Below, one piece after another: positions 40,348-52,782 of a DNA stretch of 64,000 nt. How positions within the stretch are numbered: the stretch's first letter is position 1; each line of letters starts with the position of its first letter. Made by a program: the position numbers and the translations under genes. Origin of the DNA: Holosporales bacterium (GTDB lineage Bacteria > Pseudomonadota > Alphaproteobacteria > Paracaedibacterales > CANFPP01); NCBI GenBank assembly GCA_947449005.1, contig CANFPP010000008.1, positions 3,884 through 67,883 of the forward strand, written 5' to 3'. The notes under the pieces were generated by a model. It was not told where the DNA came from, did no database searches, and worked only from the letters and a program-made list of their open reading frames with translations.

Positions 40348-41826
40348 TTAATCTAAGTAAAATAATGAGGTTGCAGCGGTTCTGGTCCAGTTTATAAATA
40401 TTGCAGGTTTAACGAAAAATAGAACCATGATAATGACGATGCCTCCGAGAACAAGTTCCATCGAGCGATCATGCTTTTTATGGGGTCTTGCGAAAGTAAC
40501 GACTGCCTCTTCCATAAGCATTGCTTTGATAAGAAAGAGATAATAGGCGGCGGCAATGACGCTGACAACAGCACCAATGATTGCAATTGCATAAGCATCA
40601 ACAAAAATTACGGCTTGTAGAACGGAGAGCTTTGCAAAAAAGCCCGGTAAGGGGGGAATTCCTGCCATTGAGAATAGCATAAAGCTTAGAATAAAGGCAG
40701 TTCCAGGGTAGATGCGGCCGATACCATTTAAATCCTTTAGGGTGGTTATTTCTTGTCCGCGTTGACTCATGTTTAAGAGACAGGCAAAAATTCCGAGCGT
40801 CATTAGCATATAAAGAAAAAGATAAATAAGGCTTGATCTAAGGCCATTTTCATTGCCTGCAGAAAGACCCATTAAAGCATATCCCATGTTCGAAATAGCG
40901 CTGTAAGCAATAAGGCGTTTAATGTTTTGTTGGTATAATGCGGAAAAAGTTCCAAGAACCATAGAGGCGATAGAAAGACCGGCAAGAATATAGCTCCACT
41001 GAGGCGTTAATTCATAAAAAGGATCCGTGAGCAGTCGTGCTAAAAGTGCGAAAGCTGCAATCTTTGGAACGGTTGCTAGGAATGTTGTTATGGATGTCGG
41101 CGTTCCTTCATAAACATCTGGAGTCCACATATGAAAGGGAGCTAGTGAAATTTTAAAGGCCATGCCAGCTATGATAAAGACAACGCCAACAAGAGCTCCG
41201 ATTGAGTTTGTTTGGTTGTTTAAATCCTGACTACCTTTAAAAATTCTCTCAAGAATGGAAAAATTTGTTGTGCCGGTGAATCCATAAACTAAACTGCAAC
41301 CATAGAGTAAAAGCCCGGTTGCAAGGGCGCCTAAAATAAAGTATTTAAGACCAGATTCTGAGGATTTTAGGTTATCTCTCTGTAATGTAACGATAATGTA
41401 AAGGCTCAGACTTTGCAGTTCTAGTCCAACAAACAAGGTTAATAAATCATAGGCAGATGCCATAATCATCATGCCTAAAATGGAGAAAAGAATGAGTATT
41501 GGGTACTCAAACTGTTTTATTCCTTCTTGCGGTAAAGATTTTTTGGAAATCGTTAGAACAATAGATCCGCCTGTTAAGATTAAAATCTTTATGAAAACAG
41601 AGAAAGCATCGCTAATAAACAACCCATAAAATGTTATGTGTCTTGTTTTGGGCGAGAATAAAATGATGGCTAAGATAAGAAGTAGCGTTAGCTGGGCTAA
41701 TGAAACAATAAGATTCATTGCTGGTTTTTTTGACATAACTCCAAAAACCAAAAGACCAAGACTGATGATCAATAAAACGATTTCTGGAAGTGCAGGTAAG
41801 AATTCAGGAAGAGGAGCCGTAATCAT
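40348..41826 (-). CDS. nuoN: NADH-quinone oxidoreductase subunit N
   Basis: LELQSLSLY, ESGLKYFILG, FK...PFHMWTPDVYEG. Confidence 0.96.
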   Translation of the reverse strand: MITAPLPEFLPALPEIVLLIISLGLLVFGVMSKKPAMNLIVSLAQLTLLLILAIILFSPKTRHITFYGLFISDAFSVFIKILILTGGSIVLTISKKSLPQEGIKQFEYPILILFSILGMMIMASAYDLLTLFVGLELQSLSLYIIVTLQRDNLKSSESGLKYFILGALATGLLLYGCSLVYGFTGTTNFSILERIFKGSQDLNNQTNSIGALVGVVFIIAGMAFKISLAPFHMWTPDVYEGTPTSITTFLATVPKIAAFALLARLLTDPFYELTPQWSYILAGLSIASMVLGTFSALYQQNIKRLIAYSAISNMGYALMGLSAGNENGLRSSLIYLFLYMLMTLGIFACLLNMSQRGQEITTLKDLNGIGRIYPGTAFILSFMLFSMAGIPPLPGFFAKLSVLQAVIFVDAYAIAIIGAVVSVIAAAYYLFLIKAMLMEEAVVTFARPHKKHDRSMELVLGGIVIIMVLFFVKPAIFINWTRTAATSLFYLD

Positions 41827-43382
41827 GAGGTTTTGCTCGATTTCTTAGCTAAAGTTTTTAGAGGTATTTTTTCTACTGGCTTTGTTGGAGGGGCTGTGAC
41901 TTTTACTATGTTATGACGTATGAGTAGTTTTTCGACAGATGGGTTAATCACAGATAAAAGAATAGGAGGATAGATTCCAATAACAAGAATGGGAATGGTG
42001 ATTGCCGATAAACAAGTAATTTCTCTAATGTTTAGATCAAGAACAGGTTTAACATCTGAAGCTGTTACATTTAGTTTACCAAAAATTATCCGGCGATAAA
42101 GCCACAGCATGTAGGCTGCACCTAGAACCAAGCCACTTGATGCGAGAAGGGCAAACCCTGTGTTAATTTGGTAAATACCAAGCAGAACAAAAAACTCTCC
42201 AATAAAGCCGCTCGTCCCAGGGAGGCCAATTGAGGCTAGAGTTAGAATCATGAAAAACGCACTAAAGACAGGCATTAAAGTGGCAAGGCCTACATAAGCG
42301 CTGATGTCGCGCGTATGAAAGCGTTCATAAAGGAATCCAACACAAAGAAATAAACCAGCTGATATAAGGCCATGACTAATCATTTGAACAATTGATCCGG
42401 CAATGCCTTCATGCGTTAAGCTAAAAATTCCTAAAGTTACAAATCCCATGTGAGCTATGGACGAATAAGCGATTAATTTTTTTAAGTCTTTTTGCACAAG
42501 AGTGACTAGAGAAATATAAATGATCGCAATAACACTGAGCGTAAAAATGAAAGGGGCAAAATATTCTGATGCGTGAGGGAGAATCGGGAGAGTGAGACGC
42601 AAAAAACCATAGCCACCCATTTTAATGAGAACACCTGCTAGAATAACAGATCCTGCTGTTGGAGCTTCAACGTGCGCATCAGGCAGCCAAGTATGGAATG
42701 GCCACATCGGTATTTTTACGGCGAAAGAGACGAAAAATGCAAGCCACAACCATTTTTGAGTTTCAAAAGATATTGTCAAATCAATAGCTGCTTGTAAGTC
42801 GGAGGTACCCGTTTCTGAAAATAATTTAATCAGAGCAAGTAACATAAGGACAGACCCTAAAAGAGTATAGAGAAAGAACTTAAAGCAAGCATAGATTCGA
42901 CGCTCTCCTCCCCAAATACCAATAATTAGAAACATTGGAATTAGTGTGCCTTCAAAGAAAACATAAAACAGCAAAAGATCAAGGGAGCAAAACATACCTA
43001 TCAGGAGAGTTTCCAAAAATAAAAACGCCATCATATATTCTCGGATTCGGTTTTGAATGGAATCCCAACTAATCAAAATACAGAGAGGCGTTAAGAGCGT
43101 TGTTAGCAGGATAAAGAACAAAGAGATTCCATCAACACCAACGTAGTAATAGATGTTGCTGCGAGTAATCCATTCGCGTTTTTCAATGAATTGATATTCA
43201 GGATTGAAGGGATCAAAATTAAACCACAGCACTAAAGATAGCGCGAACATGACAATAGATATCCACAACGCAACATTGCGTGCGTTGCGAGCAAGAGATG
43301 TCTTTTCTCCATTGATGAGGCTAATAAATATCACACCAGTAAGGGGTAGAAAAATCAAAAGAGAGAGTAAGGGGAGTTTCAT
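41823..43382 (-). CDS. nuoM: NADH-quinone oxidoreductase subunit M
   Basis: GVDGISL, KIPMWPFHTWLPDAHVEAPTAGS, YSSIAHMG. Confidence 0.97.
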   Translation of the reverse strand: MKLPLLSLLIFLPLTGVIFISLINGEKTSLARNARNVALWISIVMFALSLVLWFNFDPFNPEYQFIEKREWITRSNIYYYVGVDGISLFFILLTTLLTPLCILISWDSIQNRIREYMMAFLFLETLLIGMFCSLDLLLFYVFFEGTLIPMFLIIGIWGGERRIYACFKFFLYTLLGSVLMLLALIKLFSETGTSDLQAAIDLTISFETQKWLWLAFFVSFAVKIPMWPFHTWLPDAHVEAPTAGSVILAGVLIKMGGYGFLRLTLPILPHASEYFAPFIFTLSVIAIIYISLVTLVQKDLKKLIAYSSIAHMGFVTLGIFSLTHEGIAGSIVQMISHGLISAGLFLCVGFLYERFHTRDISAYVGLATLMPVFSAFFMILTLASIGLPGTSGFIGEFFVLLGIYQINTGFALLASSGLVLGAAYMLWLYRRIIFGKLNVTASDVKPVLDLNIREITCLSAITIPILVIGIYPPILLSVINPSVEKLLIRHNIVKVTAPPTKPVEKIPLKTLAKKSSKTS

Positions 43383-43389
43383 GAGTTTT

Positions 43390-45348
43390 TCACTTCACGT
43401 AGGTGTACAAGGCAGGATTATATATAATTATAAAATAAATGGTAACAAGCCCAAAAATTCCAAGCAACATAGCAAAGGCATAATGGTATATATAGCCCGT
43501 TTGAAAGCGGCTAAAAAAGCGAGATGTTTTTAAGGTTAATGCCGTAAGACCGTCTGGACCTAATCTATCAATGATTTGACGATCAGCGAATTTCCACAGG
43601 ATGTCACCTAAGATTAACAATGGTCTAACAAGTGCTTTTTGATAAAGATCATCGATATACCATTTGTTGAGAAAGAACCGATATACAGGGGTGAATTTAT
43701 CTACCATCAATTGTGGAATATGGGGGTAATGAATATAGAACAAGTAAGCAAGAACGATGCCTGATAAACTGTACATAAATGGAACGTATTCAACCCAAGT
43801 TGGAACCTCTTGAAATGTCATTGTGATAATTGATTTATTCCAAGAAAATCCCCACTCTTGCTTCAAGAACCAGTGAGATCCAATAAGACCACTAAAGATA
43901 GATCCCAGGCTTAAAAATAGTAATGGCAATCTCATAACCCAAGGTATTTCGTGCACATGGGCCATCACTTGGTCATCTGCTTTCGGTTCGCCGTGGAACA
44001 CCAACATTAGTAACCTCAAAGAATATAAAGCTGTTAATGCAGCGACAATTAATCCGCACATAAAAGCAAAAAAACCAGTAATAGTGCCTGAGGCGTAAGC
44101 TGCTTCAATGATTGCATCTTTTGAAAAATAGCCCGCAAAGAAAGGAACACCTGCAAGAGCTAAAGTACCAATCCACATCATGGTGTACGTGAACGGAATC
44201 AAACGGTATATGCCTCCCATTTTCTCCATATTTTGCTCATCAGACATTGCATGAATAACAGAGCCGGCGCTTAAGAAAAGCAGTGCCTTAAAAAAAGCAT
44301 GCGTAACAAGATGGAAAAAAGCAGCAGAGTAAGCAGAGCATCCACAAGCGAACATCATATAGCCAAGCTGACTACAAGTTGAGTAAGCAATGACTCGTTT
44401 AATATCAGTTTGAGTGAGAGCAACTGTTGCAGCAAAAATGGCTGTTATGCCGCCGATGACGCACATACACTCTCGAGCAAAAGGAGCAAGCTCATAGATT
44501 GGCGACAATCTAACTACCATAAATACACCTGCTGTTACCATCGTCGCTGCGTGAATTAAGGCAGAGACTGGTGTTGGTCCCTCCATTGCATCGGGGAGCC
44601 AAACATGTAAGCCGATTTGTGCAGATTTTCCCATTGCTCCAATAAAGAACAAACAAGCAATCAAATTGAAAGAATCAAAAGACCACCCTAAAAAAGAGTA
44701 ATGAAGTTTGGGTGATTGTAAAATCGTTGGAATTTCAGTGAAAATAGTATCAAAATCAAAGGTGTGAAATATAGAAAAGACAGTACAGATTCCAAGAATA
44801 AAGCCAACATCTCCAACTCGGTTAACAATGAAAGCTTTCATTGCTGCATTACTAGCCTTGGGACGTTCGTACCAAAAGCCAATCAATAAATATGAGGCGA
44901 ATCCAACGCCTTCCCAGCCGGCAAACATTTGAAGTAAATTGGGGGCAGTTACGAGAATGAGCATGGTAAAAGTGAAGAAACTTAAGTACGCCATAAATCT
45001 TGCCAAAGATGTGTCGTGCTTCATATATCCGAGCGAATAAACATGTACAAGGAATGAAACAAACGTGACGACAAGCGTCATAACGGCGCTGAGTGAATCA
45101 ATTTTCAAGCCCCAATATGCCCTCATATGATTAATCTTAAACCACATAAACAAATTGATGGTAACGTTAATATTATCGCTTAAAACTGCCCAACACAGTG
45201 ATATTGCAGCGACGAGTGATATTGTCATCATAAGGCATGTTATAGCCTGAGCTAAGCGAGGACAGTTAACTCTTCCATAAGGAACAGAGATCAAAAACCC
45301 AACTAATGGACAAAAAACAGCGAGGATACAAGTGTGGCTTAAAAGCAA
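43390..45348 (-). CDS. nuoL: NADH-quinone oxidoreductase subunit L
   Basis: GKSAQIGLHVWLPDAMEGPTPVSALIHAATMV, HAFFKALLF. Confidence 0.97.
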   Translation of the reverse strand: MLLSHTCILAVFCPLVGFLISVPYGRVNCPRLAQAITCLMMTISLVAAISLCWAVLSDNINVTINLFMWFKINHMRAYWGLKIDSLSAVMTLVVTFVSFLVHVYSLGYMKHDTSLARFMAYLSFFTFTMLILVTAPNLLQMFAGWEGVGFASYLLIGFWYERPKASNAAMKAFIVNRVGDVGFILGICTVFSIFHTFDFDTIFTEIPTILQSPKLHYSFLGWSFDSFNLIACLFFIGAMGKSAQIGLHVWLPDAMEGPTPVSALIHAATMVTAGVFMVVRLSPIYELAPFARECMCVIGGITAIFAATVALTQTDIKRVIAYSTCSQLGYMMFACGCSAYSAAFFHLVTHAFFKALLFLSAGSVIHAMSDEQNMEKMGGIYRLIPFTYTMMWIGTLALAGVPFFAGYFSKDAIIEAAYASGTITGFFAFMCGLIVAALTALYSLRLLMLVFHGEPKADDQVMAHVHEIPWVMRLPLLFLSLGSIFSGLIGSHWFLKQEWGFSWNKSIITMTFQEVPTWVEYVPFMYSLSGIVLAYLFYIHYPHIPQLMVDKFTPVYRFFLNKWYIDDLYQKALVRPLLILGDILWKFADRQIIDRLGPDGLTALTLKTSRFFSRFQTGYIYHYAFAMLLGIFGLVTIYFIIIYNPALYTYVK

Positions 45349-45352
45349 TTCT

Positions 45353-45664
45353 TTATCCCTTCATGACACTGGCATCGTCCACTTTTATGGTGTCGCGATT
45401 GCGGAAATAAACAACTAAAATTGCTAAGCCAATTGCAGCCTCAGCGGCGGCTACTGTTAAAACAAAAATTGAAAAAATTTGGCCAACAAGATCTTTAAGA
45501 TACCAAGAAAAGGCAACAAAATTAAGATTAACCGATAGAAGAATGAGTTCGATTGACATCAGTATAACAATTACGTTACGTCGATTGAGCAAAATCCCCC
45601 AGATACCTAATGTGAAAACAAGAGCCGCAACAACAAGGTAATGATGAAGTGTAATCGGGCTCAT
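45353..45664 (-). CDS. nuoK: NADH-quinone oxidoreductase subunit K
   Basis: [20 protein letters not shown]. Confidence 0.97.
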   Translation of the reverse strand: MSPITLHHYLVVAALVFTLGIWGILLNRRNVIVILMSIELILLSVNLNFVAFSWYLKDLVGQIFSIFVLTVAAAEAAIGLAILVVYFRNRDTIKVDDASVMKG

Positions 45665-46272
45665 AATTTGATTCCTGTTTTAAATGGAACTTTTACGATT
45701 TCCAATGTGTTCTCTTTATTGCGCCTCATTTGCTCTTCATAATTTTGTTTTTTTGCGGTTGAAGTGCCTCGAATTGTTAGAACAATTGTGCCGATCATGG
45801 CAACCAGTAAGATCACGCCAGAAATTTGGAAAATATAAAAATAATGCGTATAAATTTGTTCGCCAATTGCATGGGTGTTTGTGGGGACTGTTGTGATTGG
45901 CAGAGAGATAACGTCATGCGCTCTTAAAGAGGGAGACCAATTCCATCCAATAGTTACTAATTCTATGGCAAGAATGATGCCGATAAAACAACCAACCGTA
46001 AAATACTTAGCCATAGTGCGTCGTAATTTTTGTGTATCGACATCTAGCATCATCACCATAAAAAGAAAGAGAACGGCAACGGATCCTACATATACAATGA
46101 TAAGAATCATGGCGAGCAATTCAGCGCCAGCAAGTAGGAATAGTCCAGCGGCATTAAAAAAAGCTAGAATCAAAAATAAAACCGAATGAACAGGGTTGCG
46201 GCCACCAACAACCATAGCAGACGCAAAAATTAAGACAGTTGAAAATAGATAAAATAAAATGCTTTGTGCCAC
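45661..46272 (-). CDS. nuoJ: NADH-quinone oxidoreductase subunit J
   Basis: [26 protein letters not shown]. Confidence 0.96.
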   Translation of the reverse strand: MAQSILFYLFSTVLIFASAMVVGGRNPVHSVLFLILAFFNAAGLFLLAGAELLAMILIIVYVGSVAVLFLFMVMMLDVDTQKLRRTMAKYFTVGCFIGIILAIELVTIGWNWSPSLRAHDVISLPITTVPTNTHAIGEQIYTHYFYIFQISGVILLVAMIGTIVLTIRGTSTAKKQNYEEQMRRNKENTLEIVKVPFKTGIKL

Positions 46273-46287
46273 GTCTTAAATTCGCTC

Positions 46288-46788
46288 CTATCGATGTTTA
46301 GAGTCAACTGCTAAATTATGAGCAATTTCATGTTCCCATCGATCTCCATTGTCCAATAGTCTTTGTTTATTGTATAGCAGTTCTTCATGCGTATAGGTTG
46401 AAAATTCAAAGTTTGGACCTTCAACGATGGCATCGACTGGGCAAGCTTCTTCGCAAAGGCCGCAGTAAATACATTTTGTCATATCTAGGTCAAAGCGTGT
46501 GGTCCGGCGGCTGCCATCATCCCGTTCATCTGTTTCGATTACAATCGCTTGGGCGGGGCAAATAGCTTCGCAGAGCTTACAACCAATGCATCTTTCTTCA
46601 CCGCTAGGATAGCGACGCAAGGCGTGTTCTCCTCGGAACCTTGGGCTTATGGCACCTTTCTCAAAGGGGTATTTAATCGTGACTTTTGGTTTGAACATAT
46701 AGGTTAGCGTTAGCCACATGCCATGCAGAATATCAAGCAGGAGCCACGAGCGTAACCACAAAAATAAAGAGGAAAAAAAAGGATTCAT
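46288..46788 (-). CDS. nuoI: NADH-quinone oxidoreductase subunit I
   Basis: RFRGEHAL, two CxxCxxCxxxCP ferredoxin motifs. Confidence 0.97.
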   Translation of the reverse strand: MNPFFSSLFLWLRSWLLLDILHGMWLTLTYMFKPKVTIKYPFEKGAISPRFRGEHALRRYPSGEERCIGCKLCEAICPAQAIVIETDERDDGSRRTTRFDLDMTKCIYCGLCEEACPVDAIVEGPNFEFSTYTHEELLYNKQRLLDNGDRWEHEIAHNLAVDSKHR

Positions 46789-46802
46789 ATTCTATTAATA
46801 CC

Positions 46803-47804
46803 TTAAGGTAGCCAGTCCATGTAGAGCAATACGCCAGCTGTTAAGACGAGCCAAGCTAGAGAAAATGGTAAAAATACTTTCCAACCAAGTCGCATTAACT
46901 GATCGTAACGATAGCGTGGTAAGGTTGCTCGAATCCACAGAAATAAGAATAAAAAGAATGAAATTTTGCAAATAAACCAAAAAGGCCCAGGAATCCAAGA
47001 TAAAAATTGAGCCGGTGGCAACCATCCCCCAAAAAAGAGAATGGTGGTAATGCCGCTGAGTAGAATCATATTGGCGTACTCCCCTAGAAAGAAGAGTGCA
47101 AAAGGAAGGGATGAGTATTCCACATGATACCCACCAGCTAATTCTGCCTCTGCTTCTGGAAGATCAAAGGGGGAGCGATTTGCTTCGGCCAAACAAGAAA
47201 TAAAGAAAACCACAAACATTGGAAATAGTGGAATAAAAAACCAATGCTTTTGTTGAGCAAGGACGATGTCGGTCAAATTAAGAGAGCCAGAACAAAGAAG
47301 GACAGAAACGATGGTAAGGCCAATGGAAACTTCATAAGAAATCATCTGGGCTGCTGAACGTAAAGCCCCTAAAAATGCATATTTAGAATTACTCGCCCAT
47401 CCTGCAATTATGATTCCATAGACGCTTAGCGAGGAAATCGCAAATAAATACAAAACACCAACGTTAATGTTGGCTAGCACAGTCCCTTGATCAAAGGGAA
47501 TGACAGCCCACGCTGCTAGGCTGAGACTAAAGGTTAAAATAGGGGCAAAAATGAATAATATTTTGTTGGCGGCATAGGGGATAATTGTTTCTTTGTGGAG
47601 AAGTTTTAGGCCATCTGCAATGGGCTGTAGTAACCCAAAAGGGCCAACGACATTTGGCCCGACGCGAAGTTGCATTGCGGCAATAACTTTTCTTTCTACA
47701 AAAGTTAAATAAGCAACGGCGAGAATTAAGGGAACGACAAGAAGTAAGATTTTTCCAGCAATGAGAAGCACGGTTAATGCGTGGATTAGGAGTGCACTAC
47801 CCAT
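46803..47804 (-). CDS. nuoH: NADH-quinone oxidoreductase subunit H
   Basis: [39 protein letters not shown]. Confidence 0.97.
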   Translation of the reverse strand: MGSALLIHALTVLLIAGKILLLVVPLILAVAYLTFVERKVIAAMQLRVGPNVVGPFGLLQPIADGLKLLHKETIIPYAANKILFIFAPILTFSLSLAAWAVIPFDQGTVLANINVGVLYLFAISSLSVYGIIIAGWASNSKYAFLGALRSAAQMISYEVSIGLTIVSVLLCSGSLNLTDIVLAQQKHWFFIPLFPMFVVFFISCLAEANRSPFDLPEAEAELAGGYHVEYSSLPFALFFLGEYANMILLSGITTILFFGGWLPPAQFLSWIPGPFWFICKISFFLFLFLWIRATLPRYRYDQLMRLGWKVFLPFSLAWLVLTAGVLLYMDWLP

Positions 47805-49848
47805 GATTGATCGCCATTGCTTCAGCTGAACAATTTGCCATTGTTTCAGAATGACGACTAATGGGGTCCGTCATATAAAAATTATTGATAGATGATTTAA
47901 AGGGCATTGCGCTTAATCTTTCTGATGTCTTGCCTTCAAAGTGCTGCCAAGGAGCTGGAATTGTTTCATCTATGTGCGAAAAGGTTGAGCTGATTTTTCC
48001 TAATCGTTCTCTGAGTTGCTCGATTGTGTCAAAAGCCAAAGGGTGACCTAGAACGTCAGAAAGAGCTCTGATAATTTTCCAATCTTCTTTTGCTTGACCG
48101 GGAGGATTTACGGCAAGAACAGCACGCTGTGGTCTGCCTTCAGTATTGACATAAGTGGCATTTTTCTCTGTATAGGCGGCCCCTGGTAAAACAACATCTG
48201 CACGATGTGCACCAGCATCACCATGATGCCCTTGATAGATAACAAATGTATCTGCCAATTGATTCATAGGAATTTCGTCTGCCCCTAAAAGATAAACAAC
48301 TTTTATGTCGCCATTTCTGCAAGCAGATAGAATGTTTGTAATATTAAACCCTTCCGTCTTCGGAACAAATCCAATATCTAAACCACCAACGCGTGCCGCA
48401 GCTGTGTGTAATATATTATATCCATTCCACTCATTGGTAATGAGTCCATATTTTTCTGCAATCCCTTGGCAAAGCTGTATGATATTTATGCTGTCGCGGC
48501 GGTTAAGACCCGCTTGGCCTAAAATCATCATAGGAGATTTTGCAGCCTTTAGATTTTTAACAAAAGGATGTGTGCCGTCATGAATTTCTTTAAGCGTGCG
48601 AGCTTGATCACCAAGAAGATAGTAGGGGTAGTTTAAATCAATTTGTGACCCAATAAGACCAACTGTAAATCCACCCATTAAATAGCGTTTACGCAAACGT
48701 GCATTAATTAAAGGAGCTTCAACACGAGGATTTGAGGCTACAATCAAAGCAAGATCAGCAGATTCAATGCCGGCAATTGTTGTGTTGAAGAGATAATGAC
48801 AACGCGAATGAGTGGGGAGATAAGATCCATCTTGACGACACTCTAAATGAGGAATTCCAAGTGATTCCATTAATTCTTTTAAGGCGAGCATAGCTTCGCA
48901 ATCGATAAGATCGCCTGCAATGGCAGCGATTTCTTGAGGAGAAACAGATTGAATTTTATCGCGGATTGCTACAAAAGCTTCATCCCAACTGCAAGGCTCT
49001 AATTTTCCATTGCGACGCAAATAAGGAGAATCGAGGCGTTGTTTTTTGAGGCCGTCACAGGCAAATCGAGTGCGATCACTGATCCATTCTTCATTGATGT
49101 CTTCATGAAGGCGAGGCAGGATTCGCATCACTTCACGGCCACGACTATCAATGCGTATGTTCGAGCCAACAGCATCCATAACATCAATGCTCTCGGTTTT
49201 TGTTAATTCCCAGCTACGGCCATGAAACGCATAAGGTTTGCTGGTTAAGGCGCCAACAGGGCAAATATCAATCATATTTCCTGAGAGTTCTGATGTGATT
49301 GCCTTTTGCAAATAACTGGTGATCTCAAGATTTTCACCGCGCCCTAAGGTTCCTATTTCTGGCGCACCAGCAATTTCATCAGCAAAGCGAATGCAGCGCG
49401 TACAATGAATACAACGCGTCATGATAGGCTTAATCAAAGGCCCCATATGTTTTTCTTTAACAGCGCGTTTATTCAAATCAAAACGACTTTTGTCAGATCC
49501 ATAGTTGAGCGTAATATCTTGTAAATCGCATTCCCCTGCCTGATCGCAGATAGGGCAATCTAATGGGTGATTAATGAGCAGAAACTCCAAATTTCCTTTA
49601 CGCGCTTTTTCAACCATTGGGGTGTTGGTATGAACAATCATTCCCTCGATTGCAGGCATAGCGCAACTGGCTACGGGCTTTGAACTGTGATCAACTTCAA
49701 CTAAACACATGCGGCAATTTCCGGCAATTGAAAGTCGAGAGTGATAGCAAAACACAGGAACTTCAATATTTAACTGTTCACAGGCTTGTAATATTGTTGT
49801 TCCAGGTTCAACTGTGACAGATGTGTTGTTGATGACGAGTGTAACCAT
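47797..49848 (-). CDS. nuoG: NADH-quinone oxidoreductase subunit G
   Basis: [37 protein letters not shown]. Confidence 0.97.
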   Translation of the reverse strand: MVTLVINNTSVTVEPGTTILQACEQLNIEVPVFCYHSRLSIAGNCRMCLVEVDHSSKPVASCAMPAIEGMIVHTNTPMVEKARKGNLEFLLINHPLDCPICDQAGECDLQDITLNYGSDKSRFDLNKRAVKEKHMGPLIKPIMTRCIHCTRCIRFADEIAGAPEIGTLGRGENLEITSYLQKAITSELSGNMIDICPVGALTSKPYAFHGRSWELTKTESIDVMDAVGSNIRIDSRGREVMRILPRLHEDINEEWISDRTRFACDGLKKQRLDSPYLRRNGKLEPCSWDEAFVAIRDKIQSVSPQEIAAIAGDLIDCEAMLALKELMESLGIPHLECRQDGSYLPTHSRCHYLFNTTIAGIESADLALIVASNPRVEAPLINARLRKRYLMGGFTVGLIGSQIDLNYPYYLLGDQARTLKEIHDGTHPFVKNLKAAKSPMMILGQAGLNRRDSINIIQLCQGIAEKYGLITNEWNGYNILHTAAARVGGLDIGFVPKTEGFNITNILSACRNGDIKVVYLLGADEIPMNQLADTFVIYQGHHGDAGAHRADVVLPGAAYTEKNATYVNTEGRPQRAVLAVNPPGQAKEDWKIIRALSDVLGHPLAFDTIEQLRERLGKISSTFSHIDETIPAPWQHFEGKTSERLSAMPFKSSINNFYMTDPISRHSETMANCSAEAMAINHG

Positions 49849-49863
49849 AATCGCTGTCTTTAC

Positions 49864-51141
49864 TTATAAAATTGTTGCTTTTGATGCAAGGCGAATTCGA
49901 TTCTCAATTTCCCCTCGAAAGTGGCGTATTAACCCTTGAACTGGCCATGCGGCAGCATCTCCTAAGGCACAAATTGTATGGCCTTCAATTTGATGGGTTA
50001 CTTCTTCCAAAAGGTCTATATCGCTTTCTTTCGCGCTACCTTTACTAAGTCTCACCATCATACGCCATATCCAACCAGTTCCTTCTCTGCAGGGCGAGCA
50101 TTGGCCGCAGCTTTCATCCATATAAAACTTACTTAAGCGAGCGATGGCTTTAATGATGTCGGTTGATTTGTCCATGACAATAACACCCGCTGTTCCAAGA
50201 CCTGAGTGTACCTGCTTTAAGCTATCAAAATCCATAAGAACCGTATCACAGATGTTTTTCGGAATTAAAGCCACAGAAGACCCTCCCGGAATGACGGCTT
50301 TCAAATTTTGCCACCCGCCGCGCACACCGCCGGCATATCTATCGATTAATTCACGTAAAGGAATGCCCATCGCTTCTTCAACATTGCAGGGCTTATTAAC
50401 GTGGCCTGAGATACAAAATATTTTTGTACCTGTGTTGTGAGGCGTTCCAATTTTCGTAAACCAAGAAGCGCCACGCCGTAAAATCGTTGGAACGACAGCG
50501 ATGGTTTCAACATTATTGACAGTTGTAGGGCAGCCATATAATCCAATTTGCGCAGGAAATGGTGGTTTTAGACGCGGCATTCCTTTTCGACCCTCTAGGC
50601 TTTCGAGAAGAGCAGATTCTTCACCGCATATATAGGCTCCGGCACCACGGTGAATATAAAGATCAAAATCCCATCCTGATTTCGCGGCATTCTTCCCAAG
50701 CAGTTTCGCCGCATAAGCTTCATCAATTGCAGCTTGTAGGCGTTCTGCTTCTCTGTAGTATTCACCTCGAACATAAATATATCCGACGTGTGCACCAATG
50801 GCAGCGCCTGCAATAAGGCAGCCCTCAATTAGCTTATGGGGCTCATTTCTTAAGATATCGCGATCTTTACAAGTTCCGGGCTCACTTTCGTCTGCATTAA
50901 CAACAAGATACGAGGGTTTATCGCTTTCTTGTGGCATGAATGACCACTTTACACCGGTAGAAAATCCAGCCCCACCGCGACCTCTTAATTCAGATTTTGT
51001 GATCTCTTGAACAATCCATGCTCTGCCTTTGGCGATGATTTCTTTTGTTTTGTCCCAATCTCCACGGGCTTTAGCTTCCTTAAGGGAGTCAGGATTTTCT
51101 CCGTAAAGATTGGTGAAAATGCGATCTCGATTATGAAGCAT
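49864..51141 (-). CDS. nuoF: NADH-quinone oxidoreductase subunit F
   Basis: [37 protein letters not shown]. Confidence 0.98.
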   Translation of the reverse strand: MLHNRDRIFTNLYGENPDSLKEAKARGDWDKTKEIIAKGRAWIVQEITKSELRGRGGAGFSTGVKWSFMPQESDKPSYLVVNADESEPGTCKDRDILRNEPHKLIEGCLIAGAAIGAHVGYIYVRGEYYREAERLQAAIDEAYAAKLLGKNAAKSGWDFDLYIHRGAGAYICGEESALLESLEGRKGMPRLKPPFPAQIGLYGCPTTVNNVETIAVVPTILRRGASWFTKIGTPHNTGTKIFCISGHVNKPCNVEEAMGIPLRELIDRYAGGVRGGWQNLKAVIPGGSSVALIPKNICDTVLMDFDSLKQVHSGLGTAGVIVMDKSTDIIKAIARLSKFYMDESCGQCSPCREGTGWIWRMMVRLSKGSAKESDIDLLEEVTHQIEGHTICALGDAAAWPVQGLIRHFRGEIENRIRLASKATIL

Positions 51142-51748
51142 TGGATTTTTTTGATTTAGAGTTGAATAATTCTAATTGAGTTATTGGGGGAGTTACTATC
51201 GGTTCTGACCCATGGCGGCCAATTGTTGATCCAGGTGTTGTTGGGGTGCCGCTTGCTAAATTCTCCAGTAAATAGGTTACTGTTTGAGGGGTTAGATCTT
51301 CATAAAAATCATCATTGATTTGAACGACAGGTGCGTTAACGCAGGCTCCTAAACACTCAACCTCTATAAGGCTGAACTGTGCATCGTTGGTGACTTGTCC
51401 TTTGCAGATGTCTAATTGCCGCTCGCAAGCAGAAAGAATTTCCTCTGCTCCTCTGAGAGCGCAGGGAGTTGTTCCGCAAACTTGTACGTGATATTTCCCG
51501 ACCGGCTTTAGATTAAACATGGTGTAAAATGAGGCAACTTCAAGAGCGCGAATTGTCGGCATTCCCAGCATAAGAGCAACGTATTCAATAGCCTGATGCG
51601 GAAGCCATCCTCCGCATTGGCGCTGAGCTAGATCAAGTAAAGGCAATATTGCGCTTTGCTGCCGTCCTTTCGGATAGCGCTCAATAAATATTTTAGCTTT
51701 TTCCTGGTTTTCAGGTGTAAAAATAAAAGTGTGTGGCAAAGCTAGCAA
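51131..51748 (-). CDS. nuoE: NADH-quinone oxidoreductase subunit E
   Basis: ASFYTMF, CGTTPC, ECLGAC.NAP 2Fe-2S motifs. Confidence 0.96.
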   Translation of the reverse strand: MLALPHTFIFTPENQEKAKIFIERYPKGRQQSAILPLLDLAQRQCGGWLPHQAIEYVALMLGMPTIRALEVASFYTMFNLKPVGKYHVQVCGTTPCALRGAEEILSACERQLDICKGQVTNDAQFSLIEVECLGACVNAPVVQINDDFYEDLTPQTVTYLLENLASGTPTTPGSTIGRHGSEPIVTPPITQLELFNSKSKKSNAS

Positions 51749-51798
51749 TGTTTTAAATTCTACCCGTCAATCAAAACTTATATTTTTCATCATAATCA

Positions 51799-51822
51799 TT
51801 AGACCTGCGATCGCAAGTCTAA
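51799..51822. promoter_or_regulatory. 24-bp palindrome, candidate LuxR-type operator
   Basis: TTAGACCTGCGATCGCAAGTCTAA, one mismatched pair; lies between divergent nuoE and luxR. Confidence 0.5.
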
Positions 51823-51916
51823 AGTTTAAAAATCAAAAGTTTCTGCTTGTGAAAGCTTTGTCATTATGGGATATGTCTCTCAAGGTTAAGACTTCATAAA
51901 CCTACGAGAAATGTAG

Positions 51917-52753
51917 ATGTCGACATTTGAAGAAAGTGAAAACCTCTCGGCTTTAAATTATAGCCTGGATACAAAAGAGAAGCTTAACTCTATCTCTGAG
52001 GTCTTTCTTACCCCATTTGGCTTAACAACTTTTGGATATAAAAGAGTTTATAATGATGGGCACTATATGTTTCTGTCAACCAACGACCAGTGGGCTCAAT
52101 ATCACTATCAAAATATCCATGACCATGGAGCTTTCTTTCAAACGGCTATGAACAACACCTGTACTCAAGATTTTTATAGAGTACAGTGGCCAATTAATCC
52201 AAATGACCATTTCTTAGAGTCTTTAAATCACTTTGGAATGTGGCATGGGATAAATTTTTATAGAAGAGGGCCAGATTATTTAGAGTTATGGACATTTTCC
52301 ACGAGCGTGGATCAAGCAAATGTTTCTCCTAATTATATCAATACATTAAAATATTTCGAAGAGTTCATTGCTTATTTCAACAGCAAAGCTCAAGAAATTA
52401 TTAATACTAGAGAGTCTGGCAAGCTTGCTAAATTTAAAGATACTGTAATTTTTGGCACGAATGACGCCTTATTAAATAATGGCAATACTTATAAGTTTTT
52501 AAATATTTGCGATAAAATGAAAATCGATAAGCTTATCATCAAAGGCATAACGGAAAATGTGTCTTTGACAAAGCGAGAAACTGACTGTGGAAAATTGTTG
52601 AGTGCTGGTAGAGGCACGAAAGAGATTGCTAAAGCTTTGGACCTTTCTCCAAGAACAGTGGAGTTCTACATCAATTCAATTAAGGAAAAAACGGGATTGC
52701 ATTCAAGATCTCAAATTAGAGATGCGATTCAAAATGCAGTTAAGATGTTCTAG
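51917..52753 (+). CDS. LuxR-family transcriptional regulator (N-terminal ligand-binding-like domain, C-terminal HTH)
   Basis: LTKRETDC..L..GRGTKEIAKALDLSPRTVEFYINSIKEK. Confidence 0.88.
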   Translation: MSTFEESENLSALNYSLDTKEKLNSISEVFLTPFGLTTFGYKRVYNDGHYMFLSTNDQWAQYHYQNIHDHGAFFQTAMNNTCTQDFYRVQWPINPNDHFLESLNHFGMWHGINFYRRGPDYLELWTFSTSVDQANVSPNYINTLKYFEEFIAYFNSKAQEIINTRESGKLAKFKDTVIFGTNDALLNNGNTYKFLNICDKMKIDKLIIKGITENVSLTKRETDCGKLLSAGRGTKEIAKALDLSPRTVEFYINSIKEKTGLHSRSQIRDAIQNAVKMF

Positions 52754-52782
52754 CTTATATCAAATAGGATAAGGGGTTTTCT

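Noticed and set aside
40348-51748. Missing nuoA-D and the many short antisense ORFs in the nuo operon
   Set aside because: Split nuo operons are common in endosymbiotic alphaproteobacteria, and the shadow ORFs lack independent evidence
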